DNA of 64,000 bases from positions 32,001 through 96,000 of IMG/VR virus record IMGVR_UViG_2974518066_000001; one strand, given 5' to 3'. The position numbers were made by a program, and so were the translations under genes. Position 1 is the stretch's first letter. Every line of letters begins with the position of its first letter. The notes beneath the pieces were generated by a model. That model ran no database searches and was not told the DNA's origin. It saw nothing but the letters and a program-made list of their open reading frames with translations. This stretch comes from a virus. Lineage: Duplodnaviria; Caudoviricetes. Shown here in pieces: positions 49,660-59,647 of this stretch.

Positions 49660-49952
49660 ACGGAAAATGATGCGGACACGGAAGCTCAAATCACCTGCCG
49701 ATGGTCCGGGAATGGGGCGCTCCGGGACACCGAAGGCTCGCATCATCATGAAGTGGAATCCGAAGACGGACCAGATGCAGGAATATCACCTCACCAAGGG
49801 GTGGAGATAGTAACGGAATCGATACGTCGCAAAACCAGACCGGTTTTGTGACTTTAGGTTGCATTTAGACGACCGGGGTGGTAGAATAGGCGCTTCCCAC
49901 GACGCTTTCTTGCGTCTGCAGATGCTCCCCTCCATCCCGGACCTAAATCCAC

Positions 49953-50330
49953 ATGTTCCTCGTCTATCTAGCGACGATCTGCAGCGCATTGGCCTTTTTC
50001 TCAGGCATCGCGGCGGTCGGATCAGGCCATGATTGGCACTTCACCCCGAAGGACATCTGGGACGGCAAGCAAAATGCCGTCCTTTATGTATGGGTGACAC
50101 TCTCGTCGATCTTCTCGCTGGCACATATGGCGTCGCTTCTGATCTACGGGTTCCAGTGGAATTGGACTTATGCTCTCCCGGAGAGCGGGCGATGGATGGC
50201 AATCCATTCGGGTGTTGGCGTCCTGTTGATGGCCGCACATCTTTTCATCAAGCGCACCCTAGCGGCTGAACAGGGAAATCCTGTCTACGTTTGGGGACCC
50301 AAGCGCCGTCGTCGTCGTCTGACGCTGTAA
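49953..50330 (+). CDS. membrane protein
   Basis: three hydrophobic segments and basic C-terminal tail. Confidence 0.6.
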   Translation: MFLVYLATICSALAFFSGIAAVGSGHDWHFTPKDIWDGKQNAVLYVWVTLSSIFSLAHMASLLIYGFQWNWTYALPESGRWMAIHSGVGVLLMAAHLFIKRTLAAEQGNPVYVWGPKRRRRRLTL

Positions 50331-50338
50331 GGTCCATC

Positions 50339-50698
50339 ATGTCCCCCACCTATCCGCAGTATGCGAATGAAATCTGGATCGGCTTTGCCGGTGCCATGCT
50401 TGTCCTCCTCCGCTCCATCCTCGACGGCACCCGCCGCACTTGGTATGCTCTTCTCGTCGGCTGCGTCCTCGGCGGTGCCGGTGCCGCCATGGCAGGTCAC
50501 GTCTTTGCCGAAAGCAAGTGGGTCTACCCGATCTGTGGCGTCGCGGCAGTGATGACTGAAAACGTGATGCTCGGACTGTTCAAGGCCAGTCAGGAGTTCA
50601 GCGAGAAGCCGATCGACGTGTTTAGCCGGGTGTGGCGTCTGGTGATGCCCACCTTTGGTAAGAATACCGGCAGCGACGATCCGCAGCCGGTCGGTTAA
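50339..50698 (+). CDS. holin-like membrane protein
   Basis: three predicted transmembrane helices. Confidence 0.5.
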   Translation: MSPTYPQYANEIWIGFAGAMLVLLRSILDGTRRTWYALLVGCVLGGAGAAMAGHVFAESKWVYPICGVAAVMTENVMLGLFKASQEFSEKPIDVFSRVWRLVMPTFGKNTGSDDPQPVG

Positions 50699-50822
50699 CG
50701 GAACATTATCTTACGGTTCGTAAAGGGCTCGGCAGCAATGCCGGGCCTTTTTCGTAATTGACAAATCTTCTGGTTCTCTTTACACGCTTGGTCACCGAAT
50801 TGAGAAGGAGACCGAGCCCTAT

Positions 50823-51485
50823 ATGTCCGAACGCTTCACCATAGCTGATCCGCATTTTAGCCATGTCGGGATGATCAAGTTCGCCCGCTCGAATGGCGAG
50901 CCTCTGCGCCCGTGGGGCCGCGTCCCCACCGAGGCCGAGCCCATGAGCGATGAAGAGGCGCAGCAGCGCGTCGAGGCCATGGATCAGGCCTTCGAGGAGC
51001 GCTGGAACGCCGTGGTGGGTCCCAAGGACAAGGTGGAGCTGCTGGGCGACGTGGTGATCAATCGGCGAGGTCTTGCTATCCTCGACCGCCTGAATGGTCG
51101 GAAGCGTCTTCGCATGGGGAACCACGACATCTTCCTCAAGGACTATGGGAAGTATTTCGAGGAAGTCAGCGCCTACAAGGTGATGGACGACCTCATCATG
51201 TCCCACATTCCGCTGCACGAAGAGAGCGTAAAGCAGCGTTGGCTCGCGAACGTCCATGGCCATCTTCACTACGGCCGGGTCATGTTGACGCGAGCGACCG
51301 GCGCGATGCGTCGGGTGCCGATCCCCGGAACGGATCGTATGAGCTGGCCTTTTCCGGTCACGGAAGAGGTGATTCACCCGCGCTATCTCTGCGTCAGCGC
51401 GGAGCACGTCAACTATACTCCGATCTCGATGGACGAGGTATATGCCCGCATCCGGGCTCAGCAGGTAATGAAGGAGGCAGCATAA
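50823..51485 (+). CDS. calcineurin-like phosphoesterase
   Basis: DPHFSH, LGD, GNHD, SHIP, HGHLH. Confidence 0.88.
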   Translation: MSERFTIADPHFSHVGMIKFARSNGEPLRPWGRVPTEAEPMSDEEAQQRVEAMDQAFEERWNAVVGPKDKVELLGDVVINRRGLAILDRLNGRKRLRMGNHDIFLKDYGKYFEEVSAYKVMDDLIMSHIPLHEESVKQRWLANVHGHLHYGRVMLTRATGAMRRVPIPGTDRMSWPFPVTEEVIHPRYLCVSAEHVNYTPISMDEVYARIRAQQVMKEAA

Positions 51486-52255
51486 TGGGGGCCACTGTCC
51501 GATACGTCACTCCGGAACTCGTCCGTGCGTTCCGGCTTCGTCACCTCGGCCCGGCGGGCACGCAGTCTGATCTCGCCGAAGATTTCGGCGTTCAGGCCCG
51601 TGCTGTGCGTCATTGGGAAGGGGAGGGCGCGCCGCTCTACGTCGGCCTGATGATGGCTTATGCCGAGAAGTATGGCTATCGCCTGCTGGCAGAGCTGGGG
51701 CGCAAAGCTGTGAAGGGACAGCTCCCTGCGTTCGATCGCGACGCGATGAAGATATTCCTGACCTCTCACGACATCACGCAGACCAAATTCACCAAGCTCT
51801 TGGGCTTCACCAGCGAGAAGGCTTCCACCAACTGGAAGATCGCCGGTGACGCGCCGAACCACGTCAAGATACTGGTGGCGGCGATCGAGCGCTGCGGCAT
51901 CGATCTCCTCGTCGCTATGAACGGCGGCGTGGAGATCGCTGGGATGAAGTCTCTGATCGAGGCGAAGGACATGAAGACGGTGGTCGACTCGTTCGACCTC
52001 CCGGATGTTTCGGTCGTGGCCGATGTTCCGGCACCGGTGGCGCTCGACGCCCGGATCGAAACGCTGGACAACCCGGCTGTCGCCAAGGCGCTCCGGTTTC
52101 TGTCGGCCCGCGATCGTGACATCGTGATCTCGCGGAAGTTCTCGGCCGAGCCGCAGTCGCTTGGGGAGCTGGGCGACAAGTATGGGATCACCCGCCAGCG
52201 TGTGCAGCAGATCGAGTCCGTCACAATGAAGAAGTTGGCGTCGGCGCTCGTATGA
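51485..52255 (+). CDS. transcription regulator: two XRE-like HTHs plus sigma70 region-4 domain
   Basis: TQSDLAEDFGVQARAVRHWE; TQTKFTKLLGF; LGELGDKYGITRQRVQQIE. Confidence 0.7.
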   Translation: MGATVRYVTPELVRAFRLRHLGPAGTQSDLAEDFGVQARAVRHWEGEGAPLYVGLMMAYAEKYGYRLLAELGRKAVKGQLPAFDRDAMKIFLTSHDITQTKFTKLLGFTSEKASTNWKIAGDAPNHVKILVAAIERCGIDLLVAMNGGVEIAGMKSLIEAKDMKTVVDSFDLPDVSVVADVPAPVALDARIETLDNPAVAKALRFLSARDRDIVISRKFSAEPQSLGELGDKYGITRQRVQQIESVTMKKLASALV

Positions 52256-53314
52256 TATAGACGGGAGGCGTCTGGAAACGTCTCCCGTTTCCTGATTCGG
52301 AAAGCCAAGGGCCAGAGGAGCGATCCTCTGGCCCTTGGTGATTCTTGCTTAGCCCTGCAGTCTTATCGAAAGCGTCCGCTTCATGATGAAGCGTTGTGCT
52401 TGGGGCTCGGGCCAGTCAGCGGTGAGAAGCTGCGACAGTGACCAATCCCATGGGACATCAAAGATAGCCGCATACTTATTGTCCATGACGCTGTAGGAGC
52501 CGTCTCCACCGAGCTGCAGTAGCATCACATGAAGGCGTCGAGCCGGGCCGTAATGAGGATGGTTCGGGTTGTCGTAGATGCGGTCGCTCATACCTCTCCT
52601 ATCTCGCGCGCCCACATAGCGATCGGAGGAACCAGCGGAGAGCCGTCAGGACGCTGCAGGAGCATCATCAGGAAGCGGACAGGCTGTCCAGCAGCCATAA
52701 GCTCGATTTCCTCCTTGGTGGGCAGAAATTCGGCCATGAGGGCGAGGCGACCGTCGCTGTCTACGATCCGGTAATCCAGATCGACGCAGTTCTCCATGCC
52801 GGGCGGCGCCTTCATCGTGATGAAGCTGTCAGGAGCGTCCGGGTGGGGCGTGATGTGGCCGAGGTTCATAGCGACTGGATTCCGATATCGTTGACGCGCT
52901 TGAGGAAGCGATTGAGGATGTCACCGGCCGCCTGTTCGATCTGCGTTGGATCGGACACCTCGATCACGAACTTCGGCGTGACCGGGCGGTATGCGAAGTA
53001 GCGAGGCGGCGACTGGCAAAAGCCGATGGTCCACATGTTGTGGGGCGGTTGGAAGTGATGGAGAGGGACGCCTTCGGGGAGGCGGTCGAGCTTGGTCACG
53101 GTGTGCATGTTTTTCCTACTCAGGAAGAAGACGGCGAACGTTATCGCGAGCGAACACGGGGTTACTTTCGTTGCCCTCGATGAACGCGCGAACTCGGCTG
53201 TCTTGGTCAGCGCTATCCACCTCTTCGAGAGTCATGTGGAACTTGATCGCTGCTACCCGGAATACGGTATCGTTGAACTCAACGATGTCACCTTCGGAGA
53301 AGCGCCGTGGGCTG

Positions 53315-53959
53315 TCAGGATGGCAGTGCATGGGGCATGGTTTCCTTCGCAATATCGATCTGGTTGACGGCATCAATGAGGCGGTCAATGCTGTCGGTGT
53401 GGTAGAAGTCATTCGTCCGGGCCTTGACGCGAATCTCAGGGCGAGGATCGATCGGATAAAAGCGGCGACCGTCCACCGCTTCGGCCGCGCAATAATCACG
53501 GTTGGAGGAGGTAAGGAGGTAGCTATACGGCTGATGCACTTTCGCGCTACTGATAGCCTCAAGTTTCAGGCCGATCTCCATCTCGTTGGCGCACATCATT
53601 ACGTAATGATCGCTGGCAATGGAGGTGTCGAACTCCGCAAGGTTTAGACGCCAGCAGATGCCTTCCCATTCCACCAAGTTGTAGGCGTTGCGGTATAAGG
53701 CTTCACCGCCATCCCGCGCCCAGACGGTGAGGCTTGCAGTGCGCCGACGCATCCCTCGGCGTTGGCTGTTTGTCACTTCCTTCTCGCCGATGAAATCGAC
53801 CAGCGTGTCGAGAGCTACGCCGTGTCCTTCTCCAGCACGAAGCCATTCGCCTGTCTGCTGGACGATGAGCGCGATCGTCGCATTGTCCACCTCAGTCTTG
53901 AGGTTCGTGATCTCGGCTAGGAGTTTGCGCTTCTGGTTGCGTCCGAAGCGCTTGCTCAC
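53315..53959 (-). CDS. hypothetical protein
   Basis: MSKRFGRNQKRK N-terminus; translationally coupled. Confidence 0.6.
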   Translation of the reverse strand: MSKRFGRNQKRKLLAEITNLKTEVDNATIALIVQQTGEWLRAGEGHGVALDTLVDFIGEKEVTNSQRRGMRRRTASLTVWARDGGEALYRNAYNLVEWEGICWRLNLAEFDTSIASDHYVMMCANEMEIGLKLEAISSAKVHQPYSYLLTSSNRDYCAAEAVDGRRFYPIDPRPEIRVKARTNDFYHTDSIDRLIDAVNQIDIAKETMPHALPS

Positions 53960-54606
53960 CGCATGATCTCCTGCAGCTTGGCGCGAGCCTTCATTGCATC
54001 GGCATGGACAGCGATCATGGCGCGCTCGTAGGCCGGGCCTACTTGGACGATCTTCTTCTCGGGCGGAAGCGTCGTGTCCAACTCGATCTCCATGCCGCGC
54101 ATCTGCCAGTTGTGGATTTCCGACTTCTTCATTTCCAGATCGAGGTCGAAGTCGGAGTGTGCAAGGATGCGCGCCTCGATGCTCGCATAGTCCGTATCGA
54201 CGACGCGGTTGGCGGCGGCTTGCTGCTTTAGCCAGTGATCGCCTATGAGGCGGTGACGGACATAATCACGGTCAGGTGACCGGAAGCGGCCGGTGGGCGT
54301 GGCCCGCCGTGACAGCTCAGTGACAGCCGCCTCAACCAGTTCCGGGTCGAGTTCCTTGGGCTTGATGTCGTAGGCGACGCGATACATGGCGGCCTTCACG
54401 TCGGGCTTGGTGCGACGGACGTAGCCGTTGTCGCGGAGCCACCGGACGAACCGGTCGTGGATCGATGGATCGATACCATCCGGCCCGGCCGATGGTCGGG
54501 AAGGTCCCAGATCAATCTCAGCGCAAAGATTTTTGACATGAGAAATGGAGGGAGAGGCGATTCGTTTTTCGTCGGGAGTCAACCCGGAACATTCGGTCTG
54601 GTTCAT
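53956..54606 (-). CDS. hypothetical protein carrying PolA-like motif fragments
   Basis: TPTGRFRS and DYASIEARILAH. Confidence 0.55.
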   Translation of the reverse strand: MNQTECSGLTPDEKRIASPSISHVKNLCAEIDLGPSRPSAGPDGIDPSIHDRFVRWLRDNGYVRRTKPDVKAAMYRVAYDIKPKELDPELVEAAVTELSRRATPTGRFRSPDRDYVRHRLIGDHWLKQQAAANRVVDTDYASIEARILAHSDFDLDLEMKKSEIHNWQMRGMEIELDTTLPPEKKIVQVGPAYERAMIAVHADAMKARAKLQEIMR

Positions 54607-54681
54607 CACTAACCCTGAATCGGAAATAGGTCATTATGACGTAACTGGCCACTCGCTCAATGTCAATCCAAACTAACTATG

Positions 54682-54981
54682 GTGTCCAGCAAATGGCCAG
54701 CAAATACCGTTCTGTTCGCGCTTAGTTCACGCTTTATCTCGACGATTTGACAACGCCCCGAAGCGCTGGATTCAGCGCCGGAGCGGTCGTAAGTGCCTGA
54801 TTTTAGGGGATTAAAAAGTGGTGCACCCAGCAGGATTTGAACCTGCGACCTTTGCCTTCGGAGGGTAAATTAGGGGTGATTCATGCCCCGTTTTCACCCT
54901 CCTAAAACGCCGGATTCATTGGGTTTTGCGCTACGTTCTGAAAAATGGCCTAACAAAGTGGCCAGCAGGTGTCCAGCAGGT
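54682..54981 (-). mobile_element. attP: core is the 3' part of tRNA-Arg(CCG) (54819-54867), flanked by TG(G/T)CCAGCA arm-type repeats
   Basis: reverse complement TACCCTCCGAAGGCAAAGGTCGCAGGTTCAAATCCTGCTGGGTGCACCA; direct repeats on both sides; next to integrase. Confidence 0.85.
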
Positions 54982-54989
54982 TTTTCAGG

Positions 54990-56366
54990 TCACTTCTTCT
55001 GTTCTGAACCTGCGACCCTTGCCTTGCGAAGGCGGCGGGCGGTGTTGATCTGGTCCCGACGACGCTGTTTGGCTTCGTCGGTCTGGTTCTCAGTGAGTGA
55101 TTCGCTGAGGGTGAGACGCTTGGTCGGGTCGTAAGGAACGCTCAGCTCCTTGCGCTCAACCCGCACCAGTTTGCCGTTCGGTCCCCTCGCTACGACATAG
55201 CGATGGTTCCACTGATCGGCTGCTGCCTGCACGTCATCCCACAGTTCAATCAGTGCGCTGCGGACAGATGCCATCCGCTTCGGATTATAGTGTCGGTAGG
55301 TTCCGGAGGTCCGGTTCTGGGCGACGTGACCAAGGAGACGGGACACCTGCATTTCGTCAGCCTCGCGCCACTCCATCTCGGTGGCGACAGTGTGGCGGAT
55401 CGTTTTCGCCACCACGTCGTCCGACAGGCCCAGCACCTCCCGCATCGTCAGCCAACGCTTCCGCATGGAGGTGATCGAAGTGCCATCGTCCTCCCGCACC
55501 CACAGGCCTTCGTGCCCGGCCAGCAGGTCAGCGAATTGGGGGATGCACGGGATGATCGGATTCCGCTTTTTGGTGAGCGGGCGCCCCTTCGGGTGCAGGT
55601 CGATAAGACCATACTGCATGGTGAACTGGTCGCTTGGGCACATCAGCATAGCAGCCTCTGGACGGGCGGCGGTCGCCAGCATCAAGAGCACGAAGCGAAG
55701 AAGCGGGGGATCAGATCGAGCATACCCGACGATAGAGCCCAGCTCCTTGAGCGTCAGGACGCGATCCCGGCCGGGCGTCTCCAGCTTGTCCATAATCGTC
55801 TTGGGGATCATGGGCACATTCTGTGCGCGCTCTTCCGCGACAGCGTGATGAAGCGCTGCCGATACCATCCGGAGGTTCTTCTTGATGGTGGCGTCGTTGC
55901 AGCCCTTGGAGCTGATGTTGTAGGTCTTGCCCTTCCACGTCAGCGAGTAGCTGTGAGGCGCACGCATCCACGCCACGAAGCGTCGAAACACGGCGGGCTT
56001 TAGCTCGGCAAACGAGCACGCCATCGTGACCTCATCCTCCCGCAGGAATGCGATGAAGTTTCGCAGGTAGGTGGCGATGCTGTTCGAGCTGATCGCCTTG
56101 CTACCGTGCTCGTCCCAATAGAGTATGATCTGCGCCACGACAGCGACCTTGCTGTCGTCGCTCTGCGGCTGCTTGGAACGGATTTCCTCGACGTGAGCGA
56201 GGATAACCTGCTTGGCGTCGTCTACATCGCTGCAACGAGTGCTTCTAAAGCGGATGCTTCTGGAGTCGTCGTAGCTCGCGATTTGCCAGATCGTCGGCGA
56301 CTTGCCGTCGCGCCTTTTGTCGAGCCAGAAGTCCCCGACGATAAACGGGCTGTCTTCTCTTGCCAT
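54990..56366 (-). CDS. int: tyrosine integrase
   Basis: TAARPEA, KTIRHT, LLGH, GTYRH; adjacent attP. Confidence 0.88.
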   Translation of the reverse strand: MAREDSPFIVGDFWLDKRRDGKSPTIWQIASYDDSRSIRFRSTRCSDVDDAKQVILAHVEEIRSKQPQSDDSKVAVVAQIILYWDEHGSKAISSNSIATYLRNFIAFLREDEVTMACSFAELKPAVFRRFVAWMRAPHSYSLTWKGKTYNISSKGCNDATIKKNLRMVSAALHHAVAEERAQNVPMIPKTIMDKLETPGRDRVLTLKELGSIVGYARSDPPLLRFVLLMLATAARPEAAMLMCPSDQFTMQYGLIDLHPKGRPLTKKRNPIIPCIPQFADLLAGHEGLWVREDDGTSITSMRKRWLTMREVLGLSDDVVAKTIRHTVATEMEWREADEMQVSRLLGHVAQNRTSGTYRHYNPKRMASVRSALIELWDDVQAAADQWNHRYVVARGPNGKLVRVERKELSVPYDPTKRLTLSESLTENQTDEAKQRRRDQINTARRLRKARVAGSEQKK

Positions 56367-56518
56367 TTTTGCTTCAACTCCTCATTCACGCGAGCACCCA
56401 GCAGCTCCAAAAAGCCCAGCTCCGCGATCAGTGCGACCTCCTCAGAGGTGAGGCGGGTGCCCTCGCTATTGCGGAGGGATCGGCGGAGCTTTCGTTCGAG
56501 TTTCACGGGCGTGGTCAT
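56222..56518 (-). CDS. small protein overlapping the integrase start (possible excisionase/regulator)
   Basis: position; GAGGAG RBS of int lies within it. Confidence 0.4.
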   Translation of the reverse strand: MTTPVKLERKLRRSLRNSEGTRLTSEEVALIAELGFLELLGARVNEELKQKWQEKTARLSSGTSGSTKGATASRRRSGKSRATTTPEASALEALVAAM

Positions 56519-57442
56519 GCGGTGAGGGTTATTCAAACTAACCCCCAAAGTCAAGTCACGATGCACTTTCTTCCTGTTGCGCCAGACCCGCGAGAACCAG
56601 CATCCCGAGGCCGCGATCAACCGCCGTCGTGCCGCCACCCCACGACGTGGCGCGCTTGGCGAACTGGTTCCAGCCACGAGGCCCGGCCGTCTCATGGAGA
56701 CGCGAGATCGCGGCTTCGAGAGCGAGGAACAGGTCGTTACCCTGCAGCTCAAGGATGCGTTCCGTGATGGAGCCGCTAGGGGCGGCTAGGGGCGCCGGTG
56801 GGGGAGGCGGAGAGGGTTCCGGGGCAGTGATGGGCTGGACAGTCTCCACAGCGCTCTCAGGGGCCGTCTCAGCCGCCCGGCGCTCCATCTCCGCATACCA
56901 TGCCGCCCACTCTTCGTTCAGCCACGCGATGAGGCCGGGCTTATCGGTGGGCACCTCGATCGCCTCGAAGTCAGACCCGCCCTGTGCTTCCTTTGCGTCG
57001 GCCTGTGTGCCGGTCCAAGTGCGGGCGTTCGAGAGATAGAGCTTCAATCCAAGTTCCTTTTCTTTGAGCTAGTTTCGATGAAAATCAGGCGGCGTGTTCG
57101 CCGCCGTAAAAGGCGATGTCTTCGGCCGTCTGCGGGCGGCAGCGCGGGCAAGTCGCATCCTTGCACTCATGGATTTCCCGACGAACCCAATTCAGGGCGC
57201 TCGTGGCGGTCTCGCCGTTGTCCCTGTAAAAGCCCTTGGAGTATCCGTCGCCGCATCGGCCGTAGCGGTTCCAACCCTTGACCAGATAGACCCAGAGAGT
57301 GTCACCGCCGTCTTGCACTGTGACACTCTCGACGCGCTTGTGGTTGCGGATCAGTTCGATCGTCTTGCTCACTTGAAGCCTCCCGTGGTTGTGAGATTGC
57401 GATAGGTCGTATCTACCGGTTTGTCAATAACCTATGCGCTTC

Positions 57443-58348
57443 TTACCAACCCATCCGGCCAGCGCAGATCGGACCAATACCGTCGTCGATCGACGCATGG
57501 TTGGTCAGCCCGCGACCGCAGACGGAACACGCGCCTTCACGCTTGCCGTAGGCGATGGCGGCGGCGCGCGGATCGGCGGCGGCGTCGAGGATACGCTGCT
57601 CATACTCATCCGTGCATTCGCGCGCCCGGAAGAACTTACCACCCTCGATCTTGCCCATATAGGCGTCTTCGTCCTCGCCCTTGAGGCGGACATAGATCAG
57701 CCCCTTCTCGGGCTTGTAGGCGAATTTGAAGAGATCGAGGCGCAGGAGCGGGCGCTTGACCTGATTTGCCATGGCGGTCTCGAAAGCCTCCATGATCTTC
57801 GACAGATCGATCGCCTTGGCCAGCTCGACCGACTTGGCCTTTGCCTCGGCGCGCTGCTTGTCCTCCGCCATGAAACGGCGGATCAACGCGACCTTGCCTT
57901 CGGTCAGGGAGCCCCACTTGGCGAGGTCGAAGAGGAGGTTGGCGGCAATTTGGAAGCCGCGAGAGCCAGCGGCGGTCAGCCACTCATACTCTTCCTTGTT
58001 TTCGGCAATCCACGCCTCGATCTTCGCGACCTGTCGATTTGCCTTGGACTGGCGGGCGGCAGCTCGCTTCTCAGCCGACTGTTTGTAGCCGATCCTGCCC
58101 TCGCCCTTGCACTTGAAGCAGTCGCCGACGACGCGGCCGGTGTAGCTGCGGAACACCTTGGAGCCTCGGCAGGCCGGGCAGGTGTCGTAGTGCAAAGCAT
58201 CCTCGACCGAAGTGGGGAGAGGAGCCATCGGCGCGGCGCGCTGCTCTGCGGTGGGGGCTTCGCGGCCGAACGCGGCCCAGAAGCTGTCCGAGCTGTCGTC
58301 CAGTTCGTCGTTGATCACGTTATGGTTGCAGTTGGAAGCATCGCACAT
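57443..58348 (-). CDS. Zn-finger protein with C-terminal DUF6011-like domain
   Basis: CPACRG...CFKCKG; CSVCGRGLTNHASIDDGIGPIC. Confidence 0.75.
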   Translation of the reverse strand: MCDASNCNHNVINDELDDSSDSFWAAFGREAPTAEQRAAPMAPLPTSVEDALHYDTCPACRGSKVFRSYTGRVVGDCFKCKGEGRIGYKQSAEKRAAARQSKANRQVAKIEAWIAENKEEYEWLTAAGSRGFQIAANLLFDLAKWGSLTEGKVALIRRFMAEDKQRAEAKAKSVELAKAIDLSKIMEAFETAMANQVKRPLLRLDLFKFAYKPEKGLIYVRLKGEDEDAYMGKIEGGKFFRARECTDEYEQRILDAAADPRAAAIAYGKREGACSVCGRGLTNHASIDDGIGPICAGRMGW

Positions 58349-58666
58349 AGTTTGTCTCCTGATTCGGTGATGTATCGATAGGGCGATTCTTCCGGTCTGT
58401 CAATCAGTCCGGATCATCGAAGTCATACCAGCGGCGTCGTGTGCCGTCGCTGTTGAACGCGCCCTTTGCGTCCATGTCCTTCATCCGCTCGCGCCGCTCA
58501 TGTTCGTCCCGGCGGCGCTCCCACCGGCGTTCAGCGCGTCGTTCGGCGGCGGGGTCGTATCGCTGGTGACCGGGGCGGTCTGGCGCCGCATGGACGGGGA
58601 TGTTGACGGCGAACACGGCGGCGGTGAGGAAAGCCGTCCATGCGGCTATCTTGATCCGGCGGCGCA

Positions 58667-59011
58667 TCAGTAGTTCGGCTCCTCGGGGATGTTTTCGAGA
58701 TAGTCGATATGCTCCTGCAGCTCGTCGTCGGTGATGGCATCCACGTCCACCAGCTCGCCGCTGACGCCTTCGATCTCGTCGATCCATTCTCGGGTCGCGT
58801 CTCCACGTTCTCCTTCCTGCCACTTTTCCGACTTGTCGTTGAACTCGTCGTTGAAGTGACCGGCGACCGTGTTGTCGATGAAGTCGCGAGCGTCTTCGAG
58901 GGACTTGTTGTAGTTCTCGATCGCGGCGATGATGGCGTCCTTCTTGTCCTGCAGGTCCGAGATGATCTCGGCCCGGCGGGTGATCATTGCTTTGTTCAGC
59001 TTGAAAGCCAT
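58667..59011 (-). CDS. acidic early protein
   Basis: own promoter and RBS; KSEKWQEGERG motif. Confidence 0.7.
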   Translation of the reverse strand: MAFKLNKAMITRRAEIISDLQDKKDAIIAAIENYNKSLEDARDFIDNTVAGHFNDEFNDKSEKWQEGERGDATREWIDEIEGVSGELVDVDAITDDELQEHIDYLENIPEEPNY

Positions 59012-59132
59012 GTGATTCGTCTCCCGTTGTTCGTGATTAGGGATTGATAGGACGATTCTTCCGGTATGTCAAATGCAATGCGCAAGAAAAAGCCCGGCGC
59101 TTGGCCGGGCTAGGTGACGGCCGGGTAGCCTA

Positions 59133-59612
59133 TTATCGAGCGAACGGATCGCCCATTGAATTGGCGCAGCGGGAGAACTCGTGCGCCGCGTTGAGCTGCC
59201 GCGTGATGATCGCGACGGTCTCGGTGCCGACTGAAATCTTGAGAGGCTGATCGCTTCCGATCGACGACATGAGCGCCGTCAGGTCGGTCAGGGCGGCGAG
59301 CATGACACCTCTGGCTGTGATGTCTTCGATCACACGGCCTTGGAGCGCGTAACCGCCCACATTGAAGGCTTTGACCTCGCCTAGCTGTAGGGAATGCCAG
59401 CTAGGGTTGCTGATGGCGATCACTGCCTTTCCGGGGTAGGCGTTAGAGGCCGCGATCGTGACCTTCGCATTCGGATAGTTGGCTGTCATGGCACAGCCGC
59501 CGGTGGCGTCTTTGAATAGGCGCCACCCGTCCGGACGGCCCCACTCAGTTACGGCTTGAGCGCCGACAGTAGTGGGGAGAAGAAGGGCGAGAGCGGATAT
59601 CAGCTTTTTCAT
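59133..59612 (-). CDS. secreted/periplasmic protein
   Basis: GGAGG RBS; signal peptide. Confidence 0.65.
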   Translation of the reverse strand: MKKLISALALLLPTTVGAQAVTEWGRPDGWRLFKDATGGCAMTANYPNAKVTIAASNAYPGKAVIAISNPSWHSLQLGEVKAFNVGGYALQGRVIEDITARGVMLAALTDLTALMSSIGSDQPLKISVGTETVAIITRQLNAAHEFSRCANSMGDPFAR

Positions 59613-59647
59613 ACCCTCCTCCTATCATCCGGTCGTTAAGCGATTGT

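Noticed and set aside
54819-54867. Functional tRNA-Arg gene
   Set aside because: Only the 3' half is present; better explained as the att core.
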